A stretch of DNA of 64,000 bases, from contig JBHGNT010000024.1 of NCBI GenBank assembly GCA_043228905.1, positions 124,001 through 188,000 of the forward strand. The letters are read 5' to 3'. Position numbers and translations under genes: made by a program. Below the pieces are notes generated by a model, which saw nothing but the letters and a program-made list of their open reading frames with translations, did not search any database and was not told the origin of the DNA. Positions 41,101 to 56,200 of this stretch are shown here, piece by piece; positions within the stretch are counted from its first letter, which is position 1; each line of letters starts with the position of its first letter. Origin of the DNA: Azolla caroliniana (taxonomy: Eukaryota; Plantae; Polypodiophyta).

Positions 41101-42779
41101 TGGCGACGCTACCTATGATATGGAACTAAAAAATCAAGATTTTGAAACTCAGGTCGAGAGACATAACGAAAATAGCAAACATGAGGAGGGAGTTGAGAGG
41201 AGCCCTTGAGTAAATTAAAATGTTCATACCTGGCTCTTGTGATATCGGATTTTTGTGTTCAAACATGCGAATCGAAGCTAACAACGCTAGCTATGATATG
41301 GAATTAGAAAATCAAGATTTTGAAACTCAGGTCCAGAGACATGACGAAATTACCTAATTTGAGGAGTGAGTTGAGAAGAGCTAGTAGGTAAATTTAAATG
41401 TTCATACCTGGCTCGTGTCATATCGGATTTATGTGTTCAAATATGCGAATCGAAGCTAACAACGCTAGCTATGATATGGAATTAAAAAATCAAGATTTTG
41501 AAACTCAGGTCGAGAGACATGACGAAAATAGCAAACTTGAGGAGGGAGTTGAGAAGAGCCCTTGAGTAAATTAAAATGTTCATACCTGGCTCGTGTGATA
41601 TCGAATTTTTGTGTTCAAACATGCGAATCGAAGCTAACAACGCTACCTATGATATGGAATCAAAAAATCAAGATTTTAAAACTCAGGTCGAGAGACATGA
41701 CGAAAATAGCAAACTTGAGGAGGGAGTTGAGAGGAGCCCTTGAGTAAATTAAAATGTTCATACCTAGCTCGTGTGATATCGGATTTTTGTGTTCAAACAT
41801 GCGAATCGAAGCTAACAACGCTAGCTATGATATGGAATTTAAAAATCAAGTTTTTGAAACTCAGGTCGAGAGACATGACGAAAATTGCAAACTTGAGGAG
41901 GGAGTTGAGAGGAGCCCTTGAGTAAATTAAAATGTTCATACCTGGCTCGTGTGATATCGGACTTTTGTGTTCAAACATGCGACTCGAAGCTGGCGACGCT
42001 AGCTATGATATGGAATTAAAAAATCAAGATTTTGAAACTCAGGTCGAGAGACATAACGAAAATAGCAAACTTGAGGAGGGGGTTGAGAGGAGCCCTTGAG
42101 TAAATTAAAATGTTCATACCTGGCTCGTGTGATATCGGATTTTTGTGTTCAAACATGCAAATGTAAGCTAACAACGCTACCTATGATTTGGAATTAAAAA
42201 ATCAAGATTTTGAAATTCAGGTCGAGAGACATGACGAAAATAGCAAACTTGAGGAAGGAGTTGAGAAGAGCTAGTAGGTAAATTAAAATGTTCATACCTG
42301 GCTCGTGTGATATCGGATTTTTGTGTTCGAACATGCAAATCGAAGCTAACAACGCTACCTATGATATGGGATTAAAAAATCAAGAATTTGAAACTCAGGT
42401 CGAGAGATGTGACGAAATTACCAAATTTGAGAAATGATTTGAGAGGAGCCCTTGAGTAAATTAAAATGTTCATATCGGGCTCGTGTGATATCGGATTTTT
42501 GTGTTCAAACATGCAAATCGAAGCTAACAATGCTACCTATGATATCGGATTAAAAAATCAAGATTTTGAAACTCAGGTCGAGAGACATGACGAAAATAGC
42601 AAACTTGAGGAGGGAGTTGAGAGGAGCCCTTGAGTAAATTAAAATGTTCATACCTGGCTCTTGTGATATTGGATTTTTGTGTTCAAACATGCGAATCGAA
42701 GCTGGCGACGCTACCTATGATATGGAATTAAAAAATCAAGATTTTGAAACTTAGGTCGAGAGACATGACGAAAATAGCA

Positions 42780-45700
42780 AACCTTTGGAGGGAGTTGAGA
42801 GGAGCCCTTGAGTAAATTAAAATGTTCATACCTGGCTCGTGTGATATCGGATTTTTGTGTTCAAACATGCAAATCGAAGCTAACAACGCTACCTATGATA
42901 TGGAATTAAAAAATCAAGATTTTAAAACTCAAGTCCAGAGACATGACGAAAATAGCAAACTTGAGGAGGGAGTAGAGAGGAGCCCTTGAGTAAAGTAAAA
43001 TATTCATACCTGGCTCGTGTGATATCGGATTTTTGTGTTCAAACATGCCAATCGAAGCTAACAACGCTAGCTATGGTATGGAATTAAAAAATCAAGAATT
43101 TGAAACTCAGGTCGAGAGATGTGACGAAATTACCAAATTTGAGGAGTGATTTGAGAGGAGCCCTTGAGTAAATTAAAATGTTCATATCGGGCTCGTGTGA
43201 TATCGGATTTTTGTGTTCAAACATGCAAATCGAAGCTAACAACGCTACCTATGATATGGAATTAAAAAATCAAGATTTTGAAACTCAGGTCGAGAGACAT
43301 GACGAAATTACCAAATTGGAGGAGTGAGTTGAGAAGAGGTAGTAGGTAAATTAAAATGTTCATACCTGGCTCGTGTCATATCGGATTTTTGTGTTCAAAC
43401 ATGCGAATCGAAGCTAACAACGCTACCTATGATATGGAATTAAAAAAACAAGATTTTGAAACTCAGGTCGAGAGACATGACGAAAATAGCAAACTTGAGG
43501 AGGGAGTTGAGAGGAGCCCTTGAGTAAATTAAAATGTTCATACCTGGCTCGTGTGATATAGGATTTTTGTGTTCAAACATGCGAATCGAAGCTGGCGACG
43601 CTACCTATGATATGGAATTAAAAAATCAAGATTTTGAACCTCAGGTCGAGAGACATGACGAAAATAGCAAACTTGAGGAGGGAGTTGAGAGGAGCCCTTG
43701 AGTAAATTAAAATGTTCATACCTGGCTCGTGTGATATCGGATTTTTGTGTTCAAACATGCGAATCGAAGCTAACAACGCTAGCTATGATATGGAATTAAA
43801 AAATCAAGATTTTAAACCTCAAGTCCAGAGACATGACGAAAATAGCAAACTTGAGGAGGGAGTTGAGAGGAGCCCTTGAGTAAATTAAAATGTTCATACC
43901 TGACTCGTGTGATATCGGATTTTTGTGTTCAAACATGTGAATCGAAGCTAACAACCCTACCTATGATATGGAATTAAAAAATCAAGATTTTGAAACTCAG
44001 GTCGAGAGACATGACGAAAATAGCAAACCTTTGGAGGGAGTTGAGAGGAGCCCTTGAGTAAATTAAAATGTTCATACCTGGCTCGTGTGATATCGGATTT
44101 TTGTGTTCAAACATGCAAATCGAAGCTAACAACGCTACCTATGATATGGAATTAAAAAATCAAGATTTTAAAACTCAAGTCCAGAGACATGACGAAAATA
44201 GCAAACTTGAGGAGGGAGTAGAGAGGAGCCCTTGAGTAAAGTAAAATATTCATACCTGGCTCGTGTGATATCGGATTTTTGTGTTCAAACATGCGAATCG
44301 AAGCTAACAACGCTACCTATGATATGGAATTAAAAAATCAAGATTTTAAAACTCAGGTCGAGAGACATGACGAAAATAGCAAACTTGAGGAGGGAGTTGA
44401 GAGGAGCCCTTGAGTAAATTAAAATGTTCATACCTGGCTCGTGTGATATCGGATTTATGTGTTCAAACATGCGAATCGAAGCTAACAACGCTACCTATGA
44501 TATGGAATTAAAAAATCAAGAATTTGAAACTCAGGTCGAGAGATGTGACGAAATTACCAAATTTGAGGAGTGATTTCAGAGGAGCCCTTGAGTAAATTAA
44601 AATGTTCATATCGGGCTCGTGTGATATCGGATTTTTGTGTTCAAACATGCAAATCGAAGCTAACAATGCTACCTATGATATCGGATTAAAAAATCAAGAT
44701 TTTGAAACTCAGGTCGAGAGACATGACGAAAATAGCAAACTTGAGGAGGGAGTTGAGAGGAGCCCTTGAGTAAATTAAAATGTTCATACCTGGCTCGTGT
44801 GATATTGGATTTTTGTGTTCAAACATGCGAATCGAAGCTAACAACGCTAGCTATGATATGGAATTAAAAAATCAAGATTTTGAAACTCAGGTCGAGAGAC
44901 ATGACGAAAATAGCAAACTTGAGGAGGGAGTTGAGAAGAGCCCTTGAGTAAATTAAAATGTTCATACCTGGCTCGTGTGATATCGAATTTTTGTGTTCAA
45001 ACATGCGAATCGAAGCTTGCAACGCTAGCTATGATATGGAATTAAAAAATCAAGATTTTGAAACTCAGGTCGAGAGACATGACGAAAATAGCAAACTTGA
45101 GGAGGGAGTTGAGAAGAGCCCTTGAGTAAATTAAAATGTTCATACCTAGCTCGTGTGATATCGAATTTTTGTGTTCAAACATGCGAATCGAAGCTAACAA
45201 CGCTAGCTATGATATGGAATTAAAAAATCAAGAATTTGAAACTCAGGTCGAGAGATGTGACGAAATTACCAAATTTGAGGAGTGATTTCAGAGGAGCCCT
45301 TGAGTAAATTAAAATGTTCATATCGGGCTCGTGTGATATCGGATTTTTGTGTTCAAACATGCAAATCGAAGCTAACAACGCTACCTATGATATGGAATTA
45401 AAAAATCAAGATTTTGAAACTCAGGTCGAGAGACATGACGAAAATAGCAAACTTGAGGAGGGAGTTGAGAGGAGCCCTTGAGTAAATTAAAATGTTCATA
45501 CCTGGCTCGTCTGGTATCGGATTTTTGTGTTCAAACATGCGAATCGAAGCTCGCGACGCTACCTATGATATGGAATTAAGAAATCAAGATTTTGAAAGTC
45601 AGGTCGAGAGATGTGACGAAATTACCAAATTTGAGGAGTGATTTGAGAGGAGCCCTTGAGTAAATTAAAATGTTCATATCGGGCTCGTGTGATATCGGAT

Positions 45701-48700
45701 TTTTGTGTTCAAACATGCAAATCGAAGCTAACAACGCTACCTATGATATGGAATTAAAAAATCAAGATTTTGAAACTCAGGTCGAGAGACATGACGAAAA
45801 TAGCAAACTTGAGGAGGAAGTTGAGAGGGGCCCTTGAGTAAATTAAAATGTTCATACCTGGCTCGTCTGGTATCGGATTTTTGTGTTCAAACATGCGAAT
45901 CGAAGCTCGCGACGCTACCTATGATATGGAATTAAGAAATCAAGATTTTGAAACTCAGGTCGAGAGATGTGACGAAATTACCAAATTTGAGGAGTGATTT
46001 GAGAGGAGCCCTTGAGTAAATTAAAATGTTCATATCGGGCTCGTGTGATATCGGATTTTTGTGTTCAAACATGCAAATCGAAGCTAACAACGCTACCTAT
46101 GATATGGAATTAAAAAATCAAGAATTTGAAACTCAGGTCGAGAGACATGACGAAAATAGCAAACTTGAGGAGGGAGTTGAGAAGAGCCCTTGAGTAAATT
46201 AAAATGTTCATACCTAGCTCGTGTGATATCGAATTTTTGTGTTCAAACATGCGAATCGAAGCTAACAACGCTAGCTATGATATGGAATTAAAAAATCAAG
46301 AATTTGAAACTCAGGTCGAGAGATGTGACGAAATTACCAAATTTGAGGAGTGATTTCAGAGGAGCCCTTGAGTAAATTAAAATGTTCATATCGGGCTCGT
46401 GTGATATCGGATTTTTGTGTTCAAACATGCAAATCGAAGCTAACAACGCTACCTATGATATGGAATTAAAAAATCAAGATTTTGAAACTCAGGTCGAGAG
46501 ACATGACGAAAATAGCAAACTTGAGGAGGGAGTTGAGAGGAGCCCTTGAGTAAATTAAAATGTTCATACCTGGCTCGTCTGGTATCGGATTTTTGTGTTC
46601 AAACATGCGAATCGAAGCTCGCGACGCTACCTATGATATGGAATTAAGAAATCAAGATTTTGAAAGTCAGGTCGAGAGATGTGACGAAATTACCAAATTT
46701 GAGGAGTGATTTGAGAGGAGCCCTTGAGTAAATTAAAATGTTCATATCGGGCTCGTGTGATATCGGATTTTTGTGTTCAAACATGCAAATCGAAGCTAAC
46801 AACGCTACCTATGATATGGAATTAAAAAATCAAGAATTTGAAACTCAGGTCGAGAGACATGACGAAAATAGCAAACTTGAGGAGGAAGTTGAGAGGGGCC
46901 CTTGAGTAAATTAAAATGTTCATACCTGGCTCGTCTGGTATCGGATTTTTGTGTTCAAACATGCGAATCGAAGCTCGCGACGCTACCTATGATATGGAAT
47001 TAAGAAATCAAGATTTTGAAACTCAGGTCGAGAGATGTGACGAAATTACCAAATTTGAGGAGTGATTTGAGAGGAGCCCTTGAGTAAATTAAAATGTTCA
47101 TATCGGGCTCGTGTGATATCGGATTTTTGTGTTCAAACATGCAAATCGAAGCTAACAACGCTACCTATGATATGGAATTAAAAAATCAAGATTTTGAAAC
47201 TCAGGTCGAGAGACATGACGAAAATAGCAAACCTTTGGAGGGAGTTGAGAGGAGCCCTTGAGTAAATTAAAATGTTCATACCTGGCTCGTGTGATATCGG
47301 ATTTTTGTGTTCAAACATGCAAATCGAAGCTAACAACGCTACCTATGATATGGAATTAAAAAATCAAGATTTTAAAACTCAAGTCCAGAGACATGACGAA
47401 AATAGCAAACTTGAGGAGGGAGTAGAGAGGAGCCCTTGAGTAAAGTAAAATATTCATACCTAGCTCGTGTGATATCGGATTTTTGTGTTCAAACATGCCA
47501 ATCGAAGCTAACAACGCTAGCTATGGTATGGAATTAAAAAATCAAGAATTTGAAACTCAGGTCGAGAGATGTGACGAAATTACCAAATTTGAGGAGTGAT
47601 TTGAGAGGAGCCCTTGAGTAAATTAAAATGTTCATATCGGGCTCGTGTGATATCGGATTTTTGTGTTCAAACATGCAAATCGAAGCTAACAACGCTACCT
47701 ATGATATGGAATTAAAAAATCAAGATTTTGAAACTCAGGTCGAGAGACATGACGAAATTACCAAATTGGAGGAGTGAGTTGAGAAGAGGTAGTAGGTAAA
47801 TTAAAATGTTCATACCTGGCTCGTGTCATATCGGATTTTTGTGTTCAAACATGCGAATCGAAGCTAACAACGCTACCTATGATATGGAATTAAAAAAACA
47901 AGATTTTGAAACTCAGGTCGAGAGACATGACGAAAATAGCAAACTTGAGGAGGGAGTTGAGAGGAGCCCTTGAGTAAATTAAAATGTTCATACCTGGCTC
48001 GTGTGATATAGGATTTTTGTGTTCAAACATGCGAATCGAAGCTGGCGACGCTACCTATGATATGGAATTAAAAAATCAAGATTTTGAACCTCAGGTCGAG
48101 AGACATGACGAAAATAGCAAACTTGAGGAGGGAGTTGAGAGGAGCCCTTGAGTAAATTAAAATGTTCATACCTGGCTCGTGTGATATCGGATTTTTGTGT
48201 TCAAACATGCGAATCGAAGCTAACAACGCTAGCTATGATATGGAATTAAAAAATCAAGATTTTAAACCTCAAGTCCAGAGACATGACGAAAATAGCAAAC
48301 TTGAGGAGGGAGTTGAGAGGAGCCCTTGAGTAAATTAAAATGTTCATACCTGACTCGTGTGATATCGGATTTTTGTGTTAAAACATGTGAATCGAAGCTG
48401 GCGACGCTACCTATGATATGGAATTAAAAAATCAAGATTTTGAAACTCAGGTCGAGAGACATGACGAAAATAGCAAACCTTTGGAGGGAGTTGAGAGGAG
48501 CCCTTGAGTAAATTAAAATGTTCATACCTGGCTCGTGTGATATCGGATTTTTGTGTTCAAACATGCAAATCGAAGCTAACAACGCTACCTATGATATGGA
48601 ATTAAAAAATCAAGATTTTAAAACTCAAGTCCAGAGACATGACGAAAATAGCAAACTTGAGGAGGGAGTAGAGAGGAGCCCTTGAGTAAAGTAAAATATT

Positions 48701-50220
48701 CATACCTGGCTCGTGTGATATCGGATTTTTGTGTTCAAACATGCGAATCGAAGCTAACAACGCTACCTATGATATGGAATTAAAAAATCAAGATTTTAAA
48801 ACTCAGGTCGAGAGACATGACGAAAATAGCAAACTTGAGGAGGGAGTTGAGAGGAGCCCTTGAGTAAATTAAAATGTTCATACCTGGCTCGTGTGATATC
48901 GGATTTATGTGTTCAAACATGCGAATCGAAGCTAACAACGCTACCTATGATATGGAATTAAAAAATCAAGAATTTGAAACTCAGGTCGAGAGATGTGACG
49001 AAATTACCAAATTTGAGGAGTGATTTGAGAGGAGCCCTTGAGTAAATTAAAATGTTCATATCGGGCTCGTGTGATATCGGATTTTTGTGTTCAAACATGC
49101 AAATCGAAGCTAACAATGCTACCTATGATATCGGATTAAAAAATCAAGATTTTGAAACTCAGGTCGAGAGACATGACGAAAATAGCAAACTTGAGGAGGG
49201 AGTTGAGAGGAGCCCTTGAGTAAATTAAAATGTTCATACCTGGCTCGTGTGATATTGGATTTTTGTGTTCAAACATGCGAATCGAAGCTAACAACGCTAG
49301 CTATGATATGGAATTAAAAAATCAAGATTTTGAAACTCAGGTCGAGAGACATGACGAAAATAGCAAACTTGAGGAGGGAGTTGAGAAGAGCCCTTGAGTA
49401 AATTAAAATGTTCATACCTGGCTCGTGTGATATCGAATTTTTGTGTTCAAACATGCGAATCGAAGCTTGCAACGCTAGCTATGATATGGAATTAAAAAAT
49501 CAAGATTTTGAAACTCAGGTCGAGAGACATGACGAAAATAGCAAACTTGAGGAGGGAGTTGAGAAGAGCCCTTGAGTAAATTAAAATGTTCATACCTAGC
49601 TCGTGTGATATCGAATTTTTGTGTTCAAACATGCGAATCGAAGCTAACAACGCTAGCTATGATATGGAATTAAAAAATCAAGAATTTGAAACTCAGGTCG
49701 AGAGATGTGACGAAATTACCAAATTTGAGGAGTGATTTCAGAGGAGCCCTTGAGTAAATTAAAATGTTCATATCGGGCTCGTGTGATATCGGATTTTTGT
49801 GTTCAAACATGCAAATCGAAGCTAACAACGCTACCTATGATATGGAATTAAAAAATCAAGATTTTGAAACTCAGGTCGAGAGACATGACGAAAATAGCAA
49901 ACTTGAGGAGGGAGTTGAGAGGAGCCCTTGAGTAAATTAAAATGTTCATACCTGGCTCGTCTGGTATCGGATTTTTGTGTTCAAACATGCGAATCGAAGC
50001 TCGCGACGCTACCTATGATATGGAATTAAGAAATCAAGATTTTGAAAGTCAGGTCGAGAGATGTGACGAAATTACCAAATTTGAGGAGTGATTTGAGAGG
50101 AGCCCTTGAGTAAATTAAAATGTTCATATCGGGCTCGTGTGATATCGGATTTTTGTGTTCAAACATGCAAATCGAAGCTAACAACGCTACCTATGATATG
50201 GAATTCAAAAATCAAGATTT
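42780..50220. repeat. ~17-monomer block repeated at 25-monomer (4450-bp) spacing
   Basis: TAAAAAAACAAG at 43441/47891 and CTTGCAACG at ~45016/49466 are both offset by 4450 = 25x178. Confidence 0.85.
45060..47200. repeat. 6-monomer (1068-bp) tandem duplication containing an internal dimer repeat
   Basis: The private variant GAGGAGGAAGTTGAGAGGGGCCC occurs at 45811 and 46879 (offset 1068). The GTCTGGTATC/CTCGCGACG monomer alternates with the ATATCGGG monomer at 356-bp spacing. Confidence 0.88.
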
Positions 50221-53200
50221 TAAAACTCAGGTCGAGAGACATGACGAAAATAGCAAACTTGAGGAGGGAGTTGAGAGGAGCCCTTGAGTAAATTAAAATG
50301 TTCATACCTGGCTCGTGTGATATCGGATTTTTGTGTTCAAACATGCAAATCGAAGCTAGCAACGCTAGCTATGATATGGAATTAAAAAATCAAGAATTTG
50401 AAACTCAGGTCGAGAGACATGACGAAAATAGCAAACGTGAGGAGGGAGTTGAGAGGAGCCCTTGAGTAAATTAAAATGTTCATACCTGACTCGTGTGATA
50501 TCGGATTTATTTGTTCAAATATGCGAATCGAAGCTAACAACGCTAGCTATGATATGGAATTAAAAAATCAAGATTTTGAAACTCAGGTCGAGAGACATGA
50601 CGAAAATAGCAAACTTGAGGAGGGAGTTGAGAAGAGCCCTTGAGTAAATTAAAATGTTCATACCTGGCTCGTGTGATATCGAATTTTTGTGTTCAAACAT
50701 GCGAATCGAAGCTAACAACGCTACCTATGATATGGAATTAAAAAATCAAGATTTTAAAACTCAGGTCGAGAGACATGACGTAAATAGCAAACTTGAGGAG
50801 GGAGTTGAGAGGAGCCCTTGAGTAAATTAAAATGTTCATATCGGGCTCGTGTGATATCGGATTTTTGTGTTCAAACATGCAAATCGAAGCTAACAATGCT
50901 AGCTATGATATGGAATTAAAAAATCAAGAATTTGAAACTCAGGTCGAGAGATGTGACGAAATTACCAAATTTGAGAAATGATTTGAGAGGAGCCCTTGAG
51001 TAAATTAAAATGTTCATATCGGGCTCGTGTGATATCGGATTTTTGTGTTCAAACATGCAAATCGAAGCTAACAATACTAGCTATGATATGGAATTAAAAA
51101 ATCAAGAATTTGAAACTCAGGTCGAGAGATGTGACGAAATTACCAAATTTGAGAAATGATTTGAGAGGAGCCCTTGAGTAAATTAAAATGTTCATATCGG
51201 GCTCGTGTGATATCGGATTTTTGTGTTCAAACATGCAAATCGAAGCTAACAATGCTACCTATGATATGGAATTAAAAAATCAAGAATTTGAAACTCAGGT
51301 CGAGAGATGTGACGAAATTACCAAATTTGAAGAGTGAATTGAGAAGAGCTAGTAGGTAAATTAAAATGTTCATATCGGGCTCGTGTGATATCGGATTATT
51401 GTGTTCAAACATGCAAATCGAAGCTAACAACGCTACCTATGATATGGAATTAAAAAATCAAGATTTTGAAACTCAGGTCGAGAGACATGACGAAAATAGC
51501 AAACTTGAGGAGGGAGTTGAGAGGAGCCCTTGAGTAAATTAAAATGTTCATACCTGGCTCTTGTGATATTGGATTTTTGTGTTCAAACATGCAAATCGAA
51601 GCTAGCAACGCTAGCTATGATATGGAATTAAAAAATCAAGATTTTGAAACTCAGGTCGAGAGACATGACGAAAATAGCAAACTTGAGGAGGGAGTTGAGA
51701 GGAGCCCTTGAGTAAATTAAAATGTTCATACCTGGCTCGTGTGATATCGGATTTTTGTGTTCAAACATGCGAATCGAAGCTGGCGACGCTACCTATGATA
51801 TGGAACTAAAAAATCAAGATTTTGAACCTCAGGTCGAGAGACATGACGAAAATAGCAAACTTGAGGAGGGAGTTGAGAGGAGCCCTTGAGTAAATTAAAA
51901 TGTTCATACCTGGCTCGTGTGATATCGGATTTTTGTGTTCAAACATGCGAATCGAAGCTTGCAACGCTAGCTATGATATGGAATTAAAAAATCAAGATTT
52001 TGAAACTCAGGTCGAGAGACATGACGAAAATAGCAAACTTGAGGAGGGAGTTGAGAAGAGCCCTTGAGTAAATTAAAATGTTCATACCTAGCTCGTGTGA
52101 TATCGAATTTTTGTGTTCAAACATGCGAATCGAAGCTAACAACGCTAGCTATGATATGGAATTAAAAAATCAAGAATTTGAAACTCAGGTCGAGAGATGT
52201 GACGAAATTACCAAATTTGAGGAGTGATTTCAGAGGAGCCCTTGAGTAAATTAAAATGTTCATATCGGGCTCGTGTGATATCGGATTTTTGTGTTCAAAC
52301 ATGCAAATCGAAGCTAACAACGCTACCTATGATATGGAATTAAAAAATCAAGATTTTGAAACTCAGGTCGAGAGACATGACGAAAATAGCAAACTTGAGG
52401 AGGGAGTTGAGAGGAGCCCTTGAGTAAATTAAAATGTTCATACCTGGCTCGTCTGGTATCGGATTTTTGTGTTCAAACATGCGAATCGAAGCTCGCGACG
52501 CTACCTATGATATGGAATTAAGAAATCAAGATTTTGAAAGTCAGGTCGAGAGATGTGACGAAATTACCAAATTTGAGGAGTGATTTGAGAGGAGCCCTTG
52601 AATAAATTAAAATGTTCATATCGGGCTCGTGTGATATCGGATTTTTGTGTTCAAACATGCAAATCGAAGCTAACAACGCTACCTATGATATGGAATTAAA
52701 AAATCAAGATTTTAAAACTCAGGTCGAGAGACATGACGAAAATAGCAAACTTGAGGAGGGAGTTGAGAGGAGCCCTTGAGTAAATTAAAATGTTCATACC
52801 TGGCTCGTGTGATATCGGATTTTTGTGTTCAAACATGCAAATCGAAGCTAGCAACGCTAGCTATGATATGGAATTAAAAAATCAAGAATTTGAAACTCAG
52901 GTCGAGAGACATGACGAAAATAGCAAACGTGAGGAGGGAGTTGAGAGGAGCCCTTGAGTAAATTAAAATGTTCATACCTGACTCGTGTGATATCGGATTT
53001 ATTTGTTCAAATATGCGAATCGAAGCTAACAACGCTAGCTATGATATGGAATTAAAAAATCAAGATTTTGAAACTCAGGTCGAGAGACATGACGAAAATA
53101 GCAAACTTGAGGAGGGAGTTGAGAAGAGCCCTTGAGTAAATTAAAATGTTCATACCTGGCTCGTGTGATATCGAATTTTTGTGTTCAAACATGCGAATCG

Positions 53201-56200
53201 AAGCTAACAACGCTACCTATGATATGGAATTAAAAAATCAAGATTTTAAAACTCAGGTCGAGAGACATGACGTAAATAGCAAACTTGAGGAGGGAGTTGA
53301 GAGGAGCCCTTGAGTAAATTAAAATGTTCATATCGGGCTCGTGTGATATCGGATTTTTGTGTTCAAACATGCAAATCGAAGCTAACAATGCTAGCTATGA
53401 TATGGAATTAAAAAATCAAGAATTTGAAACTCAGGTCGAGAGATGTGACGAAATTACCAAATTTGAGAAATGATTTGAGAGGAGCCCTTGAGTAAATTAA
53501 AATGTTCATATCGGGCTCGTGTGATATCGGATTTTTGTGTTCAAACATGCAAATCGAAGCTAACAATGCTACCTATGATATGGAATTAAAAAATCAAGAA
53601 TTTGAAACTCAGGTCGAGAGATGTGACGAAATTACCAAATTTGAAGAGTGAATTGAGAAGAGCTAGTAGGTAAATTAAAATGTTCATATCGGGCTCGTGT
53701 GATATCGGATTATTGTGTTCAAACATGCAAATCGAAGCTAACAACGCTACCTATGATATGGAATTAAAAAATCAAGATTTTAAAACTCAGGTCGAGAGAC
53801 ATGACGTAAATAGCAAACTTGAGGAGGGAGTTGAGAGGAGCCCTTGAGTAAATTAAAATGTTCATATCGGGCTCTTGTGATATTGGATTTTTGTGTTCAA
53901 ACATGCAAATCGAAGCTAGCAACGCTAGCTATGATATGGAATTAAAAAATCAAGAATTTGAAACTCAGGTCGAGAGATGTGACGAAATTACCAAATTTGA
54001 AGAGTGAATTGAGAAGAGCTAGTAGGTAAATTAAAATGTTCATATCGGGCTCGTGTGATATCGGATTATTGTGTTCAAACATGCAAATCGAAGCTAACAA
54101 CGCTACCTATGATATGGAATTAAAAAATCAAGATTTTGAAACTCAGGTCGAGAGACATGACGAAAATAGCAAACTTGAGGAGGGAGTTGAGAGGAGCCCT
54201 TGAGTAAATTAAAATGTTCATACCTGGCTCTTGTGATATTGGATTTTTGTGTTCAAACATGCAAATCGAAGCTAGCAACGCTAGCTATGATATGGAATTA
54301 AAAAATCAAGATTTTGAAACTCAGGTCGAGAGACATGACGAAAATAGCAAACTTGAGGAGGGAGTTGAGAGGAGCCCTTGAGTAAATTAAAATGTTCATA
54401 CCTGGCTCGTGTGATATCGGATTTTTGTGTTCAAACATGCGAATCGAAGCTGGCGACGCTACCTATGATATGGAACTAAAAAATCAAGATTTTGAACCTC
54501 AGGTCGAGAGACATGACGAAAATAGCAAACTTGAGGAGGGAGTTGAGAGGAGCCCTTGAGTAAATTAAAATGTTCATACCTGGCTCGTGTGATATCGGAT
54601 TTTTGTGTTCAAACATGCGAATCGAAGCTGGCGACGCTACCTATGATATGGAACTAAAAAATCAAGATTTTGAACCTCAGGTCGAGAGACATGACGAAAA
54701 TAGCAAACTTGAGGAGGGAGTTGAGAGGAGCCCTTGAGTAAATTAAAATGTTCATACCTGGCTCGTGTGATATCGGATTTTTGTGTTCAAACATGCGAAT
54801 CGAAGCTTGCAACGCTAGCTATGATATGGAATTAAAAAATCAAGATTTTGAAACTCAGGTCGAGAGACATGACGAAAATAGCAAACTTGAGGAGGGAGTT
54901 GAGAAGAGCCCTTGAGTAAATTAAAATGTTCATACCTAGCTCGTGTGATATCGAATTTTTGTGTTCAAACATGCGAATCGAAGCTAACAACGCTAGCTAT
55001 GATATGGAATTAAAAAATCAAGAATTTGAAACTCAGGTCGAGAGATGTGACGAAATTACCAAATTTGAGGAGTGATTTCAGAGGAGCCCTTGAGTAAATT
55101 AAAATGTTCATATCGGGCTCGTGTGATATCGGATTTTTGTGTTCAAACATGCAAATCGAAGCTAACAACGCTACCTATGATATGGAATTAAAAAATCAAG
55201 ATTTTGAAACTCAGGTCGAGAGACATGACGAAAATAGCAAACTTGAGGAGGGAGTTGAGAGGAGCCCTTGAGTAAATTAAAATGTTCATACCTGGCTCGT
55301 CTGGTATCGGATTTTTGTGTTCAAACATGCGAATCGAAGCTCGCGACGCTACCTATGATATGGAATTAAGAAATCAAGATTTTGAAAGTCAGGTCGAGAG
55401 ATGTGACGAAATTACCAAATTTGAGGAGTGATTTGAGAGGAGCCCTTGAATAAATTAAAATGTTCATATCGGGCTCGTGTGATATCGGATTTTTGTGTTC
55501 AAACATGCAAATCGAAGCTAACAACGCTACCTATGATATGGAATTAAAAAATCAAGATTTTAAAACTCAGGTCGAGAGACATGACGAAAATAGCAAACTT
55601 GAGGAGGGAGTTGAGAGGAGCCCTTGAGTAAATTAAAATGTTCATACCTGGCTCGTGTGATATCGGATTTTTGTGTTCAAACATGCAAATCGAAGCTAGC
55701 AACGCTAGCTATGATATGGAATTAAAAAATCAAGAATTTGAAACTCAGGTCGAGAGACATGACGAAAATAGCAAACGTGAGGAGGGAGTTGAGAGGAGCC
55801 CTTGAGTAAATTAAAATGTTCATACCTGACTCGTGTGATATCGGATTTATTTGTTCAAATATGCGAATCGAAGCTAACAACGCTAGCTATGATATGGAAT
55901 TAAAAAATCAAGATTTTGAAACTCAGGTCGAGAGACATGACGAAAATAGCAAACTTGAGGAGGGAGTTGAGAAGAGCCCTTGAGTAAATTAAAATGTTCA
56001 TACCTGGCTCGTGTGATATCGAATTTTTGTGTTCAAACATGCGAATCGAAGCTAACAACGCTACCTATGATATGGAATTAAAAAATCAAGATTTTAAAAC
56101 TCAGGTCGAGAGACATGACGTAAATAGCAAACTTGAGGAGGGAGTTGAGAGGAGCCCTTGAGTAAATTAAAATGTTCATATCGGGCTCGTGTGATATCGG

